Shown: positions 36,131-50,259, counted from the first letter of the stretch. The stretch: 64,000 nucleotides of DNA from Veleropilina oligotropha (GCA_048128005.1 JBEUKZ010000117.1:248001-312000), one strand, 5' to 3'. Notes: a model not told the origin generated them from the sequence alone. A program made the numbers and translations.

Positions 36131-39100
36131 GCCTAAATAATCGACTGCTTCATCCTATAAAACCCCAGAAAAGTTATTGTATTCCGTCATTCGGGTGACA
36201 ACCATATTTTGCGTTTTATACCATATCGACATTGAGCTTAAAGATGCATGATCTACTTCAGATCGCTAAAATGTATTTAAATGCCGTTCTGTCTTACACT
36301 TTCTGCATTGATTTATTGCATATAGTTAGGACGTTTCAGAGATTACCACACACGGCAACAAAAATTACACTTAGTAATAAATATTTTGTTATTGAATTAT
36401 GAGCGCGCGTTCATAATTCGAGCCGATTGTACGCGAGATTTATACGGAAATGAACGACGGCTCAACACGTCACTTAGCTCCGCCCTAAATCACTCCCGCG
36501 ATCTTCCGGTTCATTTCAAGGTCGACCTTGTCTGCGTTTGTTTATATCGGCTTCCTTGGCGGATGTCGACAAGAGAAAGAGAGGTAGGCCGCCGTTATAT
36601 CGACTGTGAATTGGGTGTATGCGAAAAACTTGAAATAATAAATAACCCGATCAATGAAAATTGGATGCGGCTACTTCAACTAGTAAAGAAACAGTGAAGC
36701 ACTTGAAACAGTGAATGCCCATGCCATTACAATGTCGCGGTGCGCAATAGGCCTAATTAGTTGGTGATATAAATATGGTTATTATGTTAGTATTGCTGCC
36801 ATATACTATAATTATGAGAAACTAGCTATATGTTTCAAAGCAATACATCAATTTCAGCGAACCGATAAACACTGACCTCCTTTTTGCTTGCTCTGTGACG
36901 TCAATCAAATCGACGGTACCACGTGACGCTTGACCCAATAACGATCGGATGTGTCCGTCCCCGATAAATGAGATAAGATAATGTGTGCACAACTCGGACA
37001 GTCGTAGACGAATACCACATGTTGCTGGTATGTCAATTATATCGGCAACTGCGGTAAAAGTTTATCCCAAAATATTGTTGTCATTGGCCGTCAATTAAAA
37101 AGTTCATAATATTGATGGATCCAGATTGTTCGAAAAAGATCAGAAATCTAACACGTTTCATTCACGAAGCAATCAAATTATGAAATGATACACTTGCCAT
37201 TGTTTGATTTATAGGTCAGTTGCAATGTGTTTAGCTTGCTTCGTATTTTTAGTTATCCTATACATGTACATTATATAGAGGATATCGAAAGAGTGGCCAT
37301 TCCATATGATAATTATGATACGAGTCGAGCACAATAATTATTTATGTACCGAGCTTTGGCGAGGTACATAAATTTGCTGACGAGTTTCATAATTCTCATA
37401 TGAAATGGACACAAGTTCCATATCTTCTTTATCACATGACTGTATTTACCTTTAAACTTATTTTGTTGCGTCTTTAAACACATTTCTTTACGCTTTAAAA
37501 CTAATTTGTGTCAGTACTTTCAGCCATAAATTGCCATTGCCTCAGACGCATCACGCCTCGAAAGCACGCGCCACGCCAGTACGCCAATAATAAATAGTTC
37601 AACGTCAGTAATCGACGAGTCAACGCGTATGAATTATTCAATATGTTAATAAGGGTGATGCGCCGCCTAATCAACTTGGCGCCAGATGCGATGATCTTTT
37701 TGTGTCTTTTTGTATCGAAATTTATGAAACGGCTTCAACCGTTCCATAACAGCTTTGTCATGTGATAAATACAATTATGTAGTAACTCAAGTCGTTTTTT
37801 ACGATATTTGTATCTCTGAAGTGCCTTATTTCTTATTGTTATATTTATCTGTTACGCACACTACAGTACTAGTGTGTATTTTCTTAATGTACGCCTCGCA
37901 TGCACATATTATGGCTACAGGCAAATGCGTATGCCAATAAAACTTAATGTTACTGTTACTGGTAATTTGCCATGAAAACATTCTATTGTCTAGAAATTGA
38001 TTCACACAATTGCATACAACAAAACCTAGTTTTCTTGCTACTAATTATCGAGGCTCGTAACTTGTCCTGCGAGTTTGACGAATGAATGTTCGTCAAATGG
38101 TTTGCACAAATAAGGGTTCGCACTGCCGATACTGGCCTATATGTTTGTCAGAACCGTAACCCGTAAATCTGCACTCATTGATGTTCCTGATATTATCGCC
38201 ATTGTAATTGCTAATGTATTCATTGTCTGTAAATCCCTAAACATAAAGCAAATAGCCAACGTGTATGATTTTGTTTGCTTGCATGCAGTTATCGATCATA
38301 TACATATTTCGCACAAATAACTTTTTTTATATTTATATGCATTTTATCTGATATAATCAATAATTTATACATTAGACACCAATATTGTCCATGTACATAA
38401 ACATATATTTTTCTTCTTATATACGGGCATTTTCTGAACTACATCACAGTACATGACATTAGTAATTTGTCAAAATTTTATTGTAATATACGACTGTCCA
38501 TAAATTAACTGACCGAATGCCTCACAAATGCATATTATTTTATATAACAATTGTTTCTACCAGCCTAGTTTATACAATGAATGTTTATACAAAATAAAAT
38601 GTTTGTTTCTGCCAGATGTGTTAACGACCTGACAAGTAACGAGCTCACCATAATCATCAAGCGACGCATCTGGTAATGTACCGTTGCCTTTTAACAATCG
38701 TAAATAAACAACCAAAGGAATATATTCAAATACGAGTAATGAGTTTGTTGGACAAACGTTCTGCCCGCCACCATCATACGGGAAAATCAAAATGCAAAAA
38801 TTTGCAAAAAACATTAGTAGGCCTATTTTAAAATAAATACAAGTGTACATGTATTTACTTGAGCTCAATTGTAGGCTATTAATTTTATTCCTTGAAATTC
38901 AATCGCTTCCACCTTTCAGCGCTTGAAAAGAAGATATCATTGGTTTTATTTGCAATTGGAATTTATTTACTAAACGCATTATACAGTATTTGCAACATTC
39001 CCTAAAATCATTTGCATCGTTCATGGCCAACGTTATGTCGTATATATTCATTAAATTTCATTATACCGATAATATCGTGCATATACTGTATATTAGTATA

Positions 39101-39607
39101 ATGTTCATCAAACGCGCAAGCCGACGGTTCGTTATTTGCGCTGCGCGGTTCGCGAATGGTTGCGCAAATTACGAACCCGTTAATTGTACTGCAATGTTCG
39201 CAAAACGCGCAGGTTCGTAAAACGCCCGTGACAACTCTTCTTCAGACAGCGCATTGATACGGTTTATCTTTCGTAGGAAAAATACTCTGATATATATTTA
39301 ATATAAATTATTAAAATTACTATGAGATATCGTACTCAGCTGTCTATTAGAAGGGTACATGCAGTTATTGGAATGCGACTATACATTGATTATCTTTTAA
39401 TTCTCTCTACTTGTGTCTAATGATATGAGAAACAAGACCAAATGGAATACTGTTCGCATTAGCGGAATCAAGCCCGTGAATTTAGAGTGGACACTCTTAC
39501 CCACTGCGCTGCCTAAGCGGCCAGTTGCAGTTGAAGTATCAATATACATGTTGCAATATACAGTTATGTGCATATGCACAACTATAATGATCACGCAATT
39601 AGTAAGG

Positions 39608-41070
39608 ACGATCAAGAGAAAGCATGTGTGTTCTGAGTCTGTTCGACTGGGAAAAGTTGATGTTACACAAAGCATACTTATGAGGTTTACCTCCCTTATG
39701 AAGTCGCATATGGTTCTTGAGACTTGGCGACTAAGCCTGCTTGCACACATCCCAGTTTACGGTTCATTGGCGTAGGAAGTAATTTTGGATTGGGGGGGGG
39801 GGGGGGGGGGGTAAGACAGAAAAAGGTCACTTTTCATAACTGATTTTAAATATAGGTTATTTTGAGCCGTACAATGGTGCGTATGTATGTGTGATGGCTG
39901 TGGGGGTTGATGATATTTTTCCAAATAGAAATATGAAGGTAGTCAAATTATGCCAAAAATGGTCCACGTGAGGATGGGGCACGCGGAAGACAATTTTGAC
40001 ACTTAACCTTGTGAAAACCCCTCTCCTGTATTCTGAGATCGCTAATGTGCTATTTCTTGCCAACATATTTGAATCATTTTTACCACTCTGTTAACGTTTT
40101 CAATTTGAAAGATAGACCAAAGACGTTTTTGAAATATTATATACAGCTGTATATATGACCAGGGACTACAAATTTGAGGGGAGATGAGGGTCATCAGGCA
40201 TTTGAAGAGCCTTAAGTGATCGAATTATTATATGCGAAATACCCTCTCCTGTATTCTGATGATGTTAATGTGATATTTCATAACAATATTTACGAATCAT
40301 TTCACCACTTCATAAAAGGTGTAGGCATGTAATAGCCTCATGCCCAGTCTGATGTACAATAATTATACTCCCTAGAATGTTGCCTGTCGGTAGATGCAGA
40401 TATCTCAAGGATATTGTACGTGTGATAATAGCTATGAACTCAGATATACTTGAAGTCTTCTGTCTATGTGCATCAGTAAAATATTGGGTGTGAAATACCC
40501 CCATTATTTTTAAAAAATCGCATACAATTGCATAAAGTGAGCATGGTTGATCGAGAGCAGATTTTGCTCAAAAACGGATTTTGATATAATATGGACTGTA
40601 CAAATCAATTCTGGAGATGGTGCACACATCAAAACTATGAAGTCAGATATATATACTTTGGGTCTGTCTAAGGGCACCAATACAAAATGGGGGGGGGGGG
40701 GTAATACCCGTTATTTTATAACAAACTATGAACCCGCGTATATAAATTGAGTGCAAATCTAAGGGCACTTGCAAATTGAAGGACACTTCTAAAAATATTG
40801 GGGGGGGTATTTACCTCCCTCTGGTCCTACGACACTGCGGATTCTGTCCAATAGGGATTCGCAAGTGCCTCTTCAGATGGCCCGACTGCGCAAATACCTG
40901 GACTGGTCGCGCACACAGCACGCCGTTGCGGTTTCTGACCATGTATTCGCTCGTGTCTTCTAAGCGAACCTGACTCAGAAAATGTCTGATTGCACACAGC
41001 ACATTTATATGGTTTATCTCCAGTATGACGTCGCATGTGTCTTACACGATGACCAGACTTTGAAAATTAT
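39608..41070 (-). pseudogene. Zinc-finger pseudogene (cassette copy D) split by a 1.07-kb MITE
   Basis: [32 protein letters not shown] at 40840-41040. Fingers resume past the MITE at 39610-39760, including the family's terminal finger. Confidence 0.85.
39765..40837. mobile_element. Related MITE (CA.TGGCGTAG termini) inside zinc-finger pseudogene D
   Basis: cattggcgtagga...tcctacgacactg flanked by CGGTT / CGGAT. Duplicate at 48523-49566; partial copy at 16040-16465. Confidence 0.85.
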
Positions 41071-42204
41071 GGAATTATGTTACGATATTGTATATAATAT
41101 TCGTTGCGTACTGTTCACATATTTCCACGAATTATTCAATGAAATTTGTTGTCTTAGTCACATGCTAATTGGAAGCTGCGGATAGCTATGCATGATAACT
41201 GACAATCGATCGGTGTTGTGTTCATAACATGTTCATAAATTATGATCGCGGAACCTAATCCATGTCGCCTGGGTAAATTCGTCGACCGAAGAGTTATTGA
41301 CATCCATTGAGCTATAAGAGTTGAGTTGATATCTTTGTTTTACGACCCCTTTGTCGATTTTTCAGCCTTAAAGTGATCGGGACACCGGTTTAAGGTCTCA
41401 CTCCGATCTGACCGACATATATTAGGGATATGCCATCTACTAGTTTTAAACCTTAGAATAATCCAGGCCAAAGCGGGCTTGAACCCACATCCTACCTTAC
41501 CACATAGCTTTTTCCGACGCTCTAACCAGTCCTGTACGGAAAATACAGGCGGCTTTGGGGCGGTTTTGGAACGTTTTCTAGGCGGGTATGGAACGGTTTT
41601 GCAAAAACCCGCCCGGATTTGGGGCGTGAGCGGTTTTCTCAGAAACAACCAGGCGGATTTTCTGTGACTGCATTTCCATAACCAGGCGGTTTCTCAAACT
41701 GTTTTCTGTACTTGAGGCGGAATTTTGCCGGGTGGTTTCGGAAACGGTTTTCTGTACTCGAGGCGGAATTTTGCCGGGCTGTCTTTTTGTGGCGGTTTCT
41801 GAAACGTTTTTTTGTATTTGAGGCGGATTTTTGCCGGGCGTTCATTTTGGGGCGGTTCTATTTTGACATTAATTTTATGCAGCACTCAAGAATCTGTATA
41901 ATTCGAACAGTTTAAGAACATTGTGATATGCTTACATCTCGCTCCGTTATTTGCGATTCTGGAACTGTTGAGGGCAGGAATGTTACCGCTACGGACACTC
42001 CCTGATTTTATGCTGACCATGTTTTCATGGTTGACCATGTTTCGTCAATGGTCATGGTTGACCTTGGTTTGGTCATCAAGATCAAATTAGAAAATCATGA
42101 CCATGAAATATATGGTATCTGAATAACCATGGTAATATCATTATAACCCACAATTTTGATTATTTTATAGTGACATTTAAATCATGTTTATTTCATTAAC
42201 ATAG

Positions 42205-42463
42205 GGCCGCTTCGGCAGCGCAGTGGGTCGAGTGTCCACTCTAAATTCACTGGCTTGATTCCGCTAATGCGAAGAGTAGTGGGTTCAATACCTGGCTGAG
42301 GCATTGAAATTTGTTCAAGTTATGAATCACAGTTGTCCATGACTGGCCGAAGAGGGCGGGTTTACCTGGGCGACCGGGGTTTCCTCCCGCGATAACACGG
42401 ACATGTCCTGCCTTGAACCTCGATGTTGTACATATACAGGACATTAAGCATCATTCCTCCTCC
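42205..42463 (+). mobile_element. SINE family 1
   Basis: Full length; TSD tcattaacatag. Head-only fragments also at 39448-39522 and 48206-48280 (-). Confidence 0.92.
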
Positions 42464-43385
42464 TCATTAACATAGCTTTATCCATGAAGTGACCATGATT
42501 AGACAATGAAGTATATCATTGCCAAAACAAGATCTAAACATGTTCATATTTGATTGTGAAATAACCATGATTTGTACCCAAAAAATATTTCATGGTCATA
42601 TCAGAGTCATTTTACGAAAGTAGGACAAATTATTCAGAACTAGCCAATGCCCGTGGGGTAATTAAATCTCTCGACGCCCAAATCAGTGAGGTATTGACCT
42701 TTCGTCCCCTAAATCAATAGGGGCACTTCCTGACACCTGGGGAGTATACATGTGAAGTACCCACTGTACTATTATAATATTTTGGTCTGTCAATTTGTGA
42801 CGTAATTTGTGGTATGTTGAAAGTCAACAAATTAAATATTTCTGAATGTGAGTTAATTTGTGGCATGTTGAAAGCCGGGGTTGAAAGTCAAATGAATTTA
42901 GTTGATTTTGGACGAAAAAGACAATGGGAAATGAAATTGTATGTGCTAGTTGAGGCTTTTACACTGACCGATTATTACAAATATTCGAACGAATATTCGC
43001 CGGTGTCGCGAACTATACCGTACACCTGACTATACCGTACAGGTCTTATCTGTAATATCAGCAATACGTATTTTAATATCGCATCTTGTAATTGATGGAC
43101 TTGTGGTTATGTCACTATTGTTCACCTAATGGTCTTAAAATTAACCTTTTTCCTGTTCAATACATCAGCATGGTTACTCTGGAGTATAAGTACTTGGGTG
43201 TTAACCGCAACAATCGCGACCAGTAGCGTACGTAGATGAAATTACCGATTATCATTAATTTGCATTATTCCGATGAAATTGCTGTAATAAATTAATTAAG
43301 TCCATGAATTACAAGATGCGATATTACAATACGTATTATTGATATTACATATAAGACCTGTACGGTATAGTCAGCCGTACGGTAT

Positions 43386-43818
43386 CAGGCGCGGATCCAG
43401 GAATGTCGCTTAGGGGGGGCGCTGAATTTACTATCAACTGTTCGCGTGGGGGCGGGGCCCCACGCGAAAGAAAATTTTGAGAATCAACAGCCTGATACCC
43501 CCTCTCCTGCACTCTGACTGGGCAAAAGCGATATTTCATTCTAACTTTTTATGAACCACCGTCACTCAAATAGCACGAGTCAAATTTTAATTTTATTTTG
43601 TCATAATCGAATTGTCCGCGTGGGGTCGGCGCCCCACGCGCAAGAAAATTTTGACAATTAACGATGTGAAATCCCCCCTCCTGCATTATTACATTGCAAC
43701 AGCCTATTTATAATGTTCTGAAAGTCATTTGTGTCAGATTATACATATTATTTTAGTATGTTTGGCCAACTTTAGGGGGGGCGCGCGCCGGGTGCGCCCC
43801 CCCCTGGATCCGCGCCTG
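43386..43818. mobile_element. MITE with 16-bp TIR and 5-bp TSD
   Basis: caggcgcggatccagg...cctggatccgcgcctg, TSD GGTAT. The site is empty in the other Helitron copy (about 60045). Confidence 0.92.
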
Positions 43819-44110
43819 GGTATAGTTCGTGACACCGGCACACGTGTTGGTTTCCAGTGCAAACGCATGGTGAAATTGACTCGTCGTTTCAATGACGAAG
43901 TTATATCGCACCGTACTTTCCCGGCATAAAAAATCGTAGGCTTTTAAAAACATGTTTATCATTTAATAAAGGAAAACATAATAGACTCGTCGTTTCAATG
44001 ACGATTGTCTATAGTACCGTACTTTTCCCGTCATCAAATAACAAATTATCTTTGTAAGGATATTGTGTTTAATGTAGTAATTACTTCCCTTTATACTCTG
44101 TATTTGTTTT

Positions 44111-44698
44111 GGGCTGAGTTCAATGGAAGTAAACGTTAGATAACGTTACCTAACGTTAGCTAACTATTCATATTGAACGGTTTCTGAACAAAACTTGAGC
44201 GAAATAGTACGGTCGGAGGACACTGTGTGTTTGCCAGGAAATAAAAAAAATGAAATACATTAGAAGACGTCGAATAGTCTGAATAATACTTAACTAAAAG
44301 TTAATCTAATATAATAATGCTATTAAATGTCTATATATTTATCTTATTTTTATGCTCTCTGCTGTCTTGCATTGTAAATAACAACTTTGGTCGAACATGG
44401 GGGTGGGGGGGGGGGGGGTAATTTAATTTGCGACGGTAATGTGCAGTAAAATGCATCCTGTACATAATGAAGTTAATTTTAATAGTTAAATGGGTTATCG
44501 ACAACACGTATATGTTCAATAATAACAGCAGTATGGAATTAATAATGCAGACGAAAAATATGTATTCTTGTACTTTCTAAATTACTTGTTTACTTAGAGA
44601 CTTGATTTGTTAGTATGACGAAATTTATAAACTGTCGTTCATTATCCCAAGAAGCGTTAGGTAACAGTGCCTAACGTTCGCTACTATTGAACTTGCCC
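44111..44698. mobile_element. Harbinger-like MITE inside the Helitron (also 59187-59757)
   Basis: Imperfect TIR gggctgagttcaat...attgaacttgccc with subterminal aacgttag repeats. Confidence 0.6.
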
Positions 44699-46059
44699 TT
44701 AGCGCTATGTTTTCGGAAAAATGCTAAAAATCCCACCCTTAATCTATATCGGTTGGCATTGACTTTTTGATATGCACTCCCCGGGATCGCCAGTCATGCA
44801 CCCACCAACTTTTAAGACAATCGGGTGGACGGTTCTCGATATATATGAAGGACAAACAAACAAACACACAGAGATTTGTGGAATTAATAGAAGGATTAAA
44901 AAAATCATCCAAAAAGTTATAATATATATTACTATTACTACTTCAAATATAATTCATAATATGATATAGATCTAAGATTTGATTTTGACATTTCAAATAT
45001 TTTAAGTGTACATGATATAATTATTACTGGAGGATGTGAATGGTTCTGTTGACTGATAAGAGCCAGTTCTAACTGGCTCAACCGTTGTTGGAATCGGCGG
45101 GATATTAAATACCAGGCAACAGTCAACCAGGTTCCTGTGTATGGCACGGATATATACAATGCCACTACATCAACATTTTAATTGGTACAAATAATATATC
45201 CAATGGTGAAAGGTATGTGTTCAGGGATGGTGATTCATCATTCTTTCAAAGTATATATTTCAAGAGCGGTCAAGTGACAATGGCTGTACCCTGCATGTGC
45301 ACGCAGCACTAGCTTTCATAATGCTTGTGTTTATATCTCTAGACTATGTTTTCAATCATAATCTGGTTCATTTTGTTACTATTGTAATATTAACAATACA
45401 TTACAACTATAATGTAAGCATGCAGTTTTAAGAATATATTGTTATATATCCTTCTGATAAATCAGATAGTTTACTAGCTTTCAATGACCTATATTCTCTG
45501 ATTCTCTGACTGGTTAGGTGAATAGCGTGACCCAGATATGCAGAACGGTGTCATCATGGCCCAGTGTATACAAGACAGATACTGGTATTATATGTTCCTT
45601 TACTTAGAATTTATTTTCTTCAGACATTTTATAACTAACTTTATGTATTAAACAACGTAACTTAATTATATATGTTGCAAACAGATATTAGGCAAATTAG
45701 GGAGTAAATAATATTTAATTATTTGTAGGCATAACAGATTATACAAATAACTTAATTTCAGATTTTCTTATCAGATTTTTCAATATTTACAATATTAATT
45801 ATTTTAAAACCCGTACATCATTTAATAATAAAAGTATATCATTAATGTTCAAGTGAAGATTGTACAAAATGACTGCTATTATGCCCATTGTCACCTGATT
45901 GTACTGTGACATTGTCATGTATGCATTTTGATACTGTATTAACCCTCTGAAGTTAACCATGGTGCTCTTTAAATCTTAAATATGTCTGTCCTTGGGCTCC
46001 TGGCAGGCAAAGGCTTCATGAATTTTTTCGAGGACTGTAATATAATATTATCTACTTAA

Positions 46060-46476
46060 TGATCCTGGAACAAATGTTCTAATAATTTGTACTTGACATT
46101 CAGTTATTGAACTGTTCTAGAACAAGTACCAGTGTTCTAGAAATTCAGTTCTTGAACTGTTCCAGACAAAAGTCTCATTTAATGTTAGAGAAATGTACTG
46201 GAACTGTTCTCGAATGTTTCTGGAACAAATGTTCTGATATTGTTCTAGACATCCAGTTCTTGAACTGATCTAGACATCCAGTTCTTGAACTGATCTAGAA
46301 CAAGTGTCCCAGTATTGTTCTAGACCATTCGGTTCCTGAGCTGTTCTATAAAAAAAGTCTCATTTATGTTCTAATAATGTACTGGATTGTTCAGGTCAAT
46401 TTGAAGAACAGTTCTCGTCCACTTGTTACAGAACAGTTCAAGGATAATTTCAGAAGTTCTAAAAATTATCGCAGGG
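46060..46476. repeat. Array of short direct and inverted gttct/agaac motifs (probable MITE)
   Basis: Repeated cagttcttgaactgttctagaac-like units. A similar accatg-rich array lies at 42000-42620. Confidence 0.55.
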
Positions 46477-47449
46477 GCGCGGCCGGGTGGGAGACTGGAA
46501 GTCTGGAATGCGCAGATAATAGTCTGAGCAGACAAAGGTCAAGACATATTCCGAATGCATCGTTCTTGTTATAATTATTCTGTGCGTGCTAAGAATCATG
46601 AACAAACGAGAAAGCTTCTGTCATTGATATTTACAGATCCGAATGGTATAGTATTTGTACATTGCCTACAATGACTAATTGTGGGGTTGACTAAGTGTTA
46701 TAGTATCATTTCATTCATGTCATTGAAAGGAACATGGAATGATGCCATTTTTCAGACTTAAATTATTGCATATCTACATAGTTATCCTGTAATTAAATTG
46801 ATTACCAGATTTTCAAACTTAAACATATTGTTGCAGATTGCTTATATTATTTGTTCTTCATGTATTATCTTACTTTAGCTCTTAATACTGTAGAATGGAT
46901 AACGTACCTTCGACAACTACCATATTCCCCACCCAAGCGGGGTATATGAATTATTTATACCTTACGTGTACTTATGTGTACTTTCACGATGACAAGGGAG
47001 ATAATTGTGATCGTGTACACCTGTCATCTGCCGAACCAACAATATAGTTAAGTCACTTAATCATACGTCGTTTCGAAATAATTGCCTTTAATCATGATGT
47101 AAATATATATCGTATTAGGCACTAGGATACACGGAAATGTTAGAATGCATACCGGTAATCATATTTAATGTACACAGCACGAATATATAACAGACGGTCC
47201 AAGCAGACAAAGGTCAAGACAATTATTCCGAAGGCGTCGTTATTGTTTAAATGTTGTCCGACATCCAATAAAATGGTAGCTGGTGGATATATATTTTTCA
47301 AGATGGCGCCTGGTTATCATAAAAGTCACCCGGATTGCATACAAAGGTCTTCTGGATCCTTAGAAAATCTGCACAGACTTCTTCAAGTGATTGTATGGGT
47401 TTTAAGAAAAGCCACCTGCATTTCTTCAAAAGACCTTCTGGTTATTGAA

Positions 47450-47900
47450 AATATCCGCCCGGATTTCTTCACAAGACCACAGGAATTTTTTCAAAAGACC
47501 GTATGGATTCTGAGAAAATCAGCACGGATACCTCCAAAAATCCACCCGGATACCTTCAAAAATCCGCCCGGATATTTTCAAAAATCCGCCCGGATATCTT
47601 CAAAAATCCGCCCGGATATCTTCAAAAATCCGCCCGGATATCTTCAAAAATCCGCCCGGATATCTTCAAAAATCCACCCGGATATCTTCAAAAACCCGCC
47701 CGGCTATCTTCAAAAAACGTTCAATCTAATTTGCATAATTCGCCGTTTTTCCGGCCGGAATCCGCCCGGATGCCAGGCGGTAACCGCTCAAAAACGCCCG
47801 GTTAAGCTGATGGGAATGAATAGACACGGCCTAAAAAAAACGCCCGGAAAATGAAGTGAAAAACCGCCCGTAAACCGCCCCAGAACCGTCTGGTATTTTT
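47450..47900. repeat. GC-rich 22-bp tandem array and CCGCC-rich arm, probably a DNA-transposon subterminal region
   Basis: caaaaatccgcccggatatctt about 8-9 times at 47515-47715. A GGCGG-rich arm of opposite orientation lies at 41530-41860. Confidence 0.75.
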
Positions 47901-48037
47901 TATTGTGGCGGTAGCGCAAATGATACATGTAAACATGAGCATTGTGGTTGACTGGATGTATATACACTGTCTGTAAACATTGCATACTGAATTCTCAGAA
48001 CGTAATACTAGTATGTTATTATGGTATTTATTAAGAT

Positions 48038-50259
48038 AAATACTCTGATATATATTTAATATAAATTATTAAAATTACTATGAGATATCGTACTCAGCTG
48101 TCTATTAGAAGGGTACATGCAGTTATTGGAATGCGACTATACATTGATTATCTTTTAATTCTCTCTACTTGTGTCTAATGATATGAGAAACAAGACCAAA
48201 TGGAATACTGTTCGCATTAGCGGAATCAAGCCAGTGAATTTAGAGTGGACACTCTTACCCACTGCGCTGCCGAAGCGGCCAGTTGAAGTTGAAGTATCAA
48301 TATACATGTTGCAATATACAGTTATGTGCATATGCACAACTATAATGATCACGCAATTAGTAAGGACGATCAAGAGAAAGCATGTGTGTTCTGAGTCTGT
48401 TCGACTGGGAAAAGTTGATGTTACACAAAGCATACTTATGAGGTTTACCTACCTTATGAAGTCGCATATGGTTCTTGAGACTTGGCGACTAAGCCTGCTT
48501 GCACACATCCCAGTTTACGGTTCATTGGCGTAGGAAGTAATTTTGGATTGGGGGGGGGGGGGGGTAAGACAGAAAAGGTCACTTTTCATAACTGATTTTA
48601 AATATAGGTTATTTTGAGCCGTACAATGGTGCGTATGTATGTGTGATGACTGTGGGGGTTGATGATATTTTTGCAAATAGAAATATGAAGGTAGTCAAAT
48701 TATGCCAAAAATGGTCCACGTGAGGATGGGGCACGCGGAAGACAATTTTGACACTTAACCTTGTGAAAACCCCTCTCCTGTATTCTGAGATCGCTAATGT
48801 GCTATTTCTTGCCAACATATTTGAATCATTTTTACCACTCTGTTAACGTTTTCAATTTGAAAGATAGACCAAAGACGTTTTTGAAATATTATATACAGCT
48901 GTATATATGACCAGGGACTACAAATTTGAGGGGAGATGATGGTCATCAGGCATTTGAAGAGCCTTAAGTGATCGAATTATTATATGCGAAATACCCTCTC
49001 CTGTATCCTGTATTTACGAATCATTTCACCACTTCATAAAAGGTGTAGGCATGTAATAGCCTCATGCCCAGTCTGATGTACAATAATTATACTCCCTAGA
49101 ATGTTGCCTGTCGGTAGATGCAGATATCTCAAGGATATTGTACGTGTGATAATAGCTATGAACTCAGATATACTTGAAGTCTTCTGTCTATGTGCATCAG
49201 TAAAATATTGGGTGTGAAATACCCCCATTATTTTAAAAAAATCGCATACAATTGCATAAAGTGAGCATGGTTGATCGAGAGCAGATTTTGCTCAAAAACG
49301 GATTTTGATATAATATGGACTGTACAAATCAATTCTGGAGATGGTGCACACATCAAAACTATGAAGTCAGATATATATACTTTGGGTCTGTCTAAGGGCA
49401 CCAATACAAAATTGGGGGGGGGGGGGGTAATACCCGTTATTTTATAACAAACTATGAACCCGCGTATATAAATTGAGTGCAAATCTAAGGGCACTTGCAA
49501 ATTGAAGGACACTTCTAAAAATATTGGGGGGGGGGGTATTTACCTCCCTCTGGTCCTACGACACTGCGGATTCTGTCCAATAGGGATTCGCATGTGCCTC
49601 TTCAGATGGCCCGACTGCGCAAATACCTGGACTGGTCGCGCACACAGCACGCCGTTGCGGTTTCTCACCATGTATTCGCTCGTGTCTACTAAGCGAACCT
49701 GACTCAGAAAATGTCTGATTGCACACAGCACATTTATATGGTTTATCTCCAGTATGACGTCGCATGTGTCTTACACGATGACCAGACTTTGAAAATTATG
49801 GAATTATGTTACGATATTGTATATAATATTCGTTGCGTACTGTTCACATATTTCCACGAATTATTCAATGAAATTTGTTGTCTTAGTCACATGCTGATTG
49901 GAAGCTGCTGAGAGCTATGCACGATAACTGACAATCGATCGGTGTTGTGTTCATAACATGTTCATAAATTATGATCGCGGAACCTAATCCATGTCGCCTG
50001 GGCAAATTCCTCGACCGAAGAGTTATTGACATCCATTGAGCTATAAGAGTTGAGTTGATATCTTTGTTTTACGACCCCTTTGTTGATTTTTCAGCCTTAA
50101 AGTTATCGGGACACCGGTTTAAGGTCTCACTCCGATCTGACCGACATATATTAGGGATATGCCATCTACTAGTTTTAAACCTTAGAATAATCCAGGCCAA
50201 AGCGGGCTTGAACCCACATCCTACCGTACCACATAGGTTTTTCCGACGCTCTAACCAGT
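48038..50259 (+). repeat. Recent 2.2-kb direct segmental duplication of 39280-41530
   Basis: Near-identical from aaatactctgatata to ctctaaccagt, differing by scattered substitutions, poly-G lengths and a short deletion near 49010. Confidence 0.95.
48366..49800 (-). pseudogene. Zinc-finger pseudogene (cassette copy E), near-identical to copy D
   Basis: Same fingers and the same MITE insertion site as 39608-41070. Confidence 0.85.

Larger units (their letters stand above)
42640..44895 (-). mobile_element. Non-autonomous Helitron, second copy, with an extra MITE
   Basis: Reverse complement of 58990-60739 with the same A|TC...CTAG|T ends. Confidence 0.85.

Noticed and set aside
39413..39775. 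120-aa ORF duplicated at 48171-48533
   Set aside because: A chimera of a SINE head and antisense ZNF remnant inside the recent duplication.
47168..47854. 228-aa repetitive ORF, and similar ORFs at 51335-51789, 31716-32050 and 29425-29700
   Set aside because: Open frames arise from stop-free minisatellite units, usually in several frames at once.
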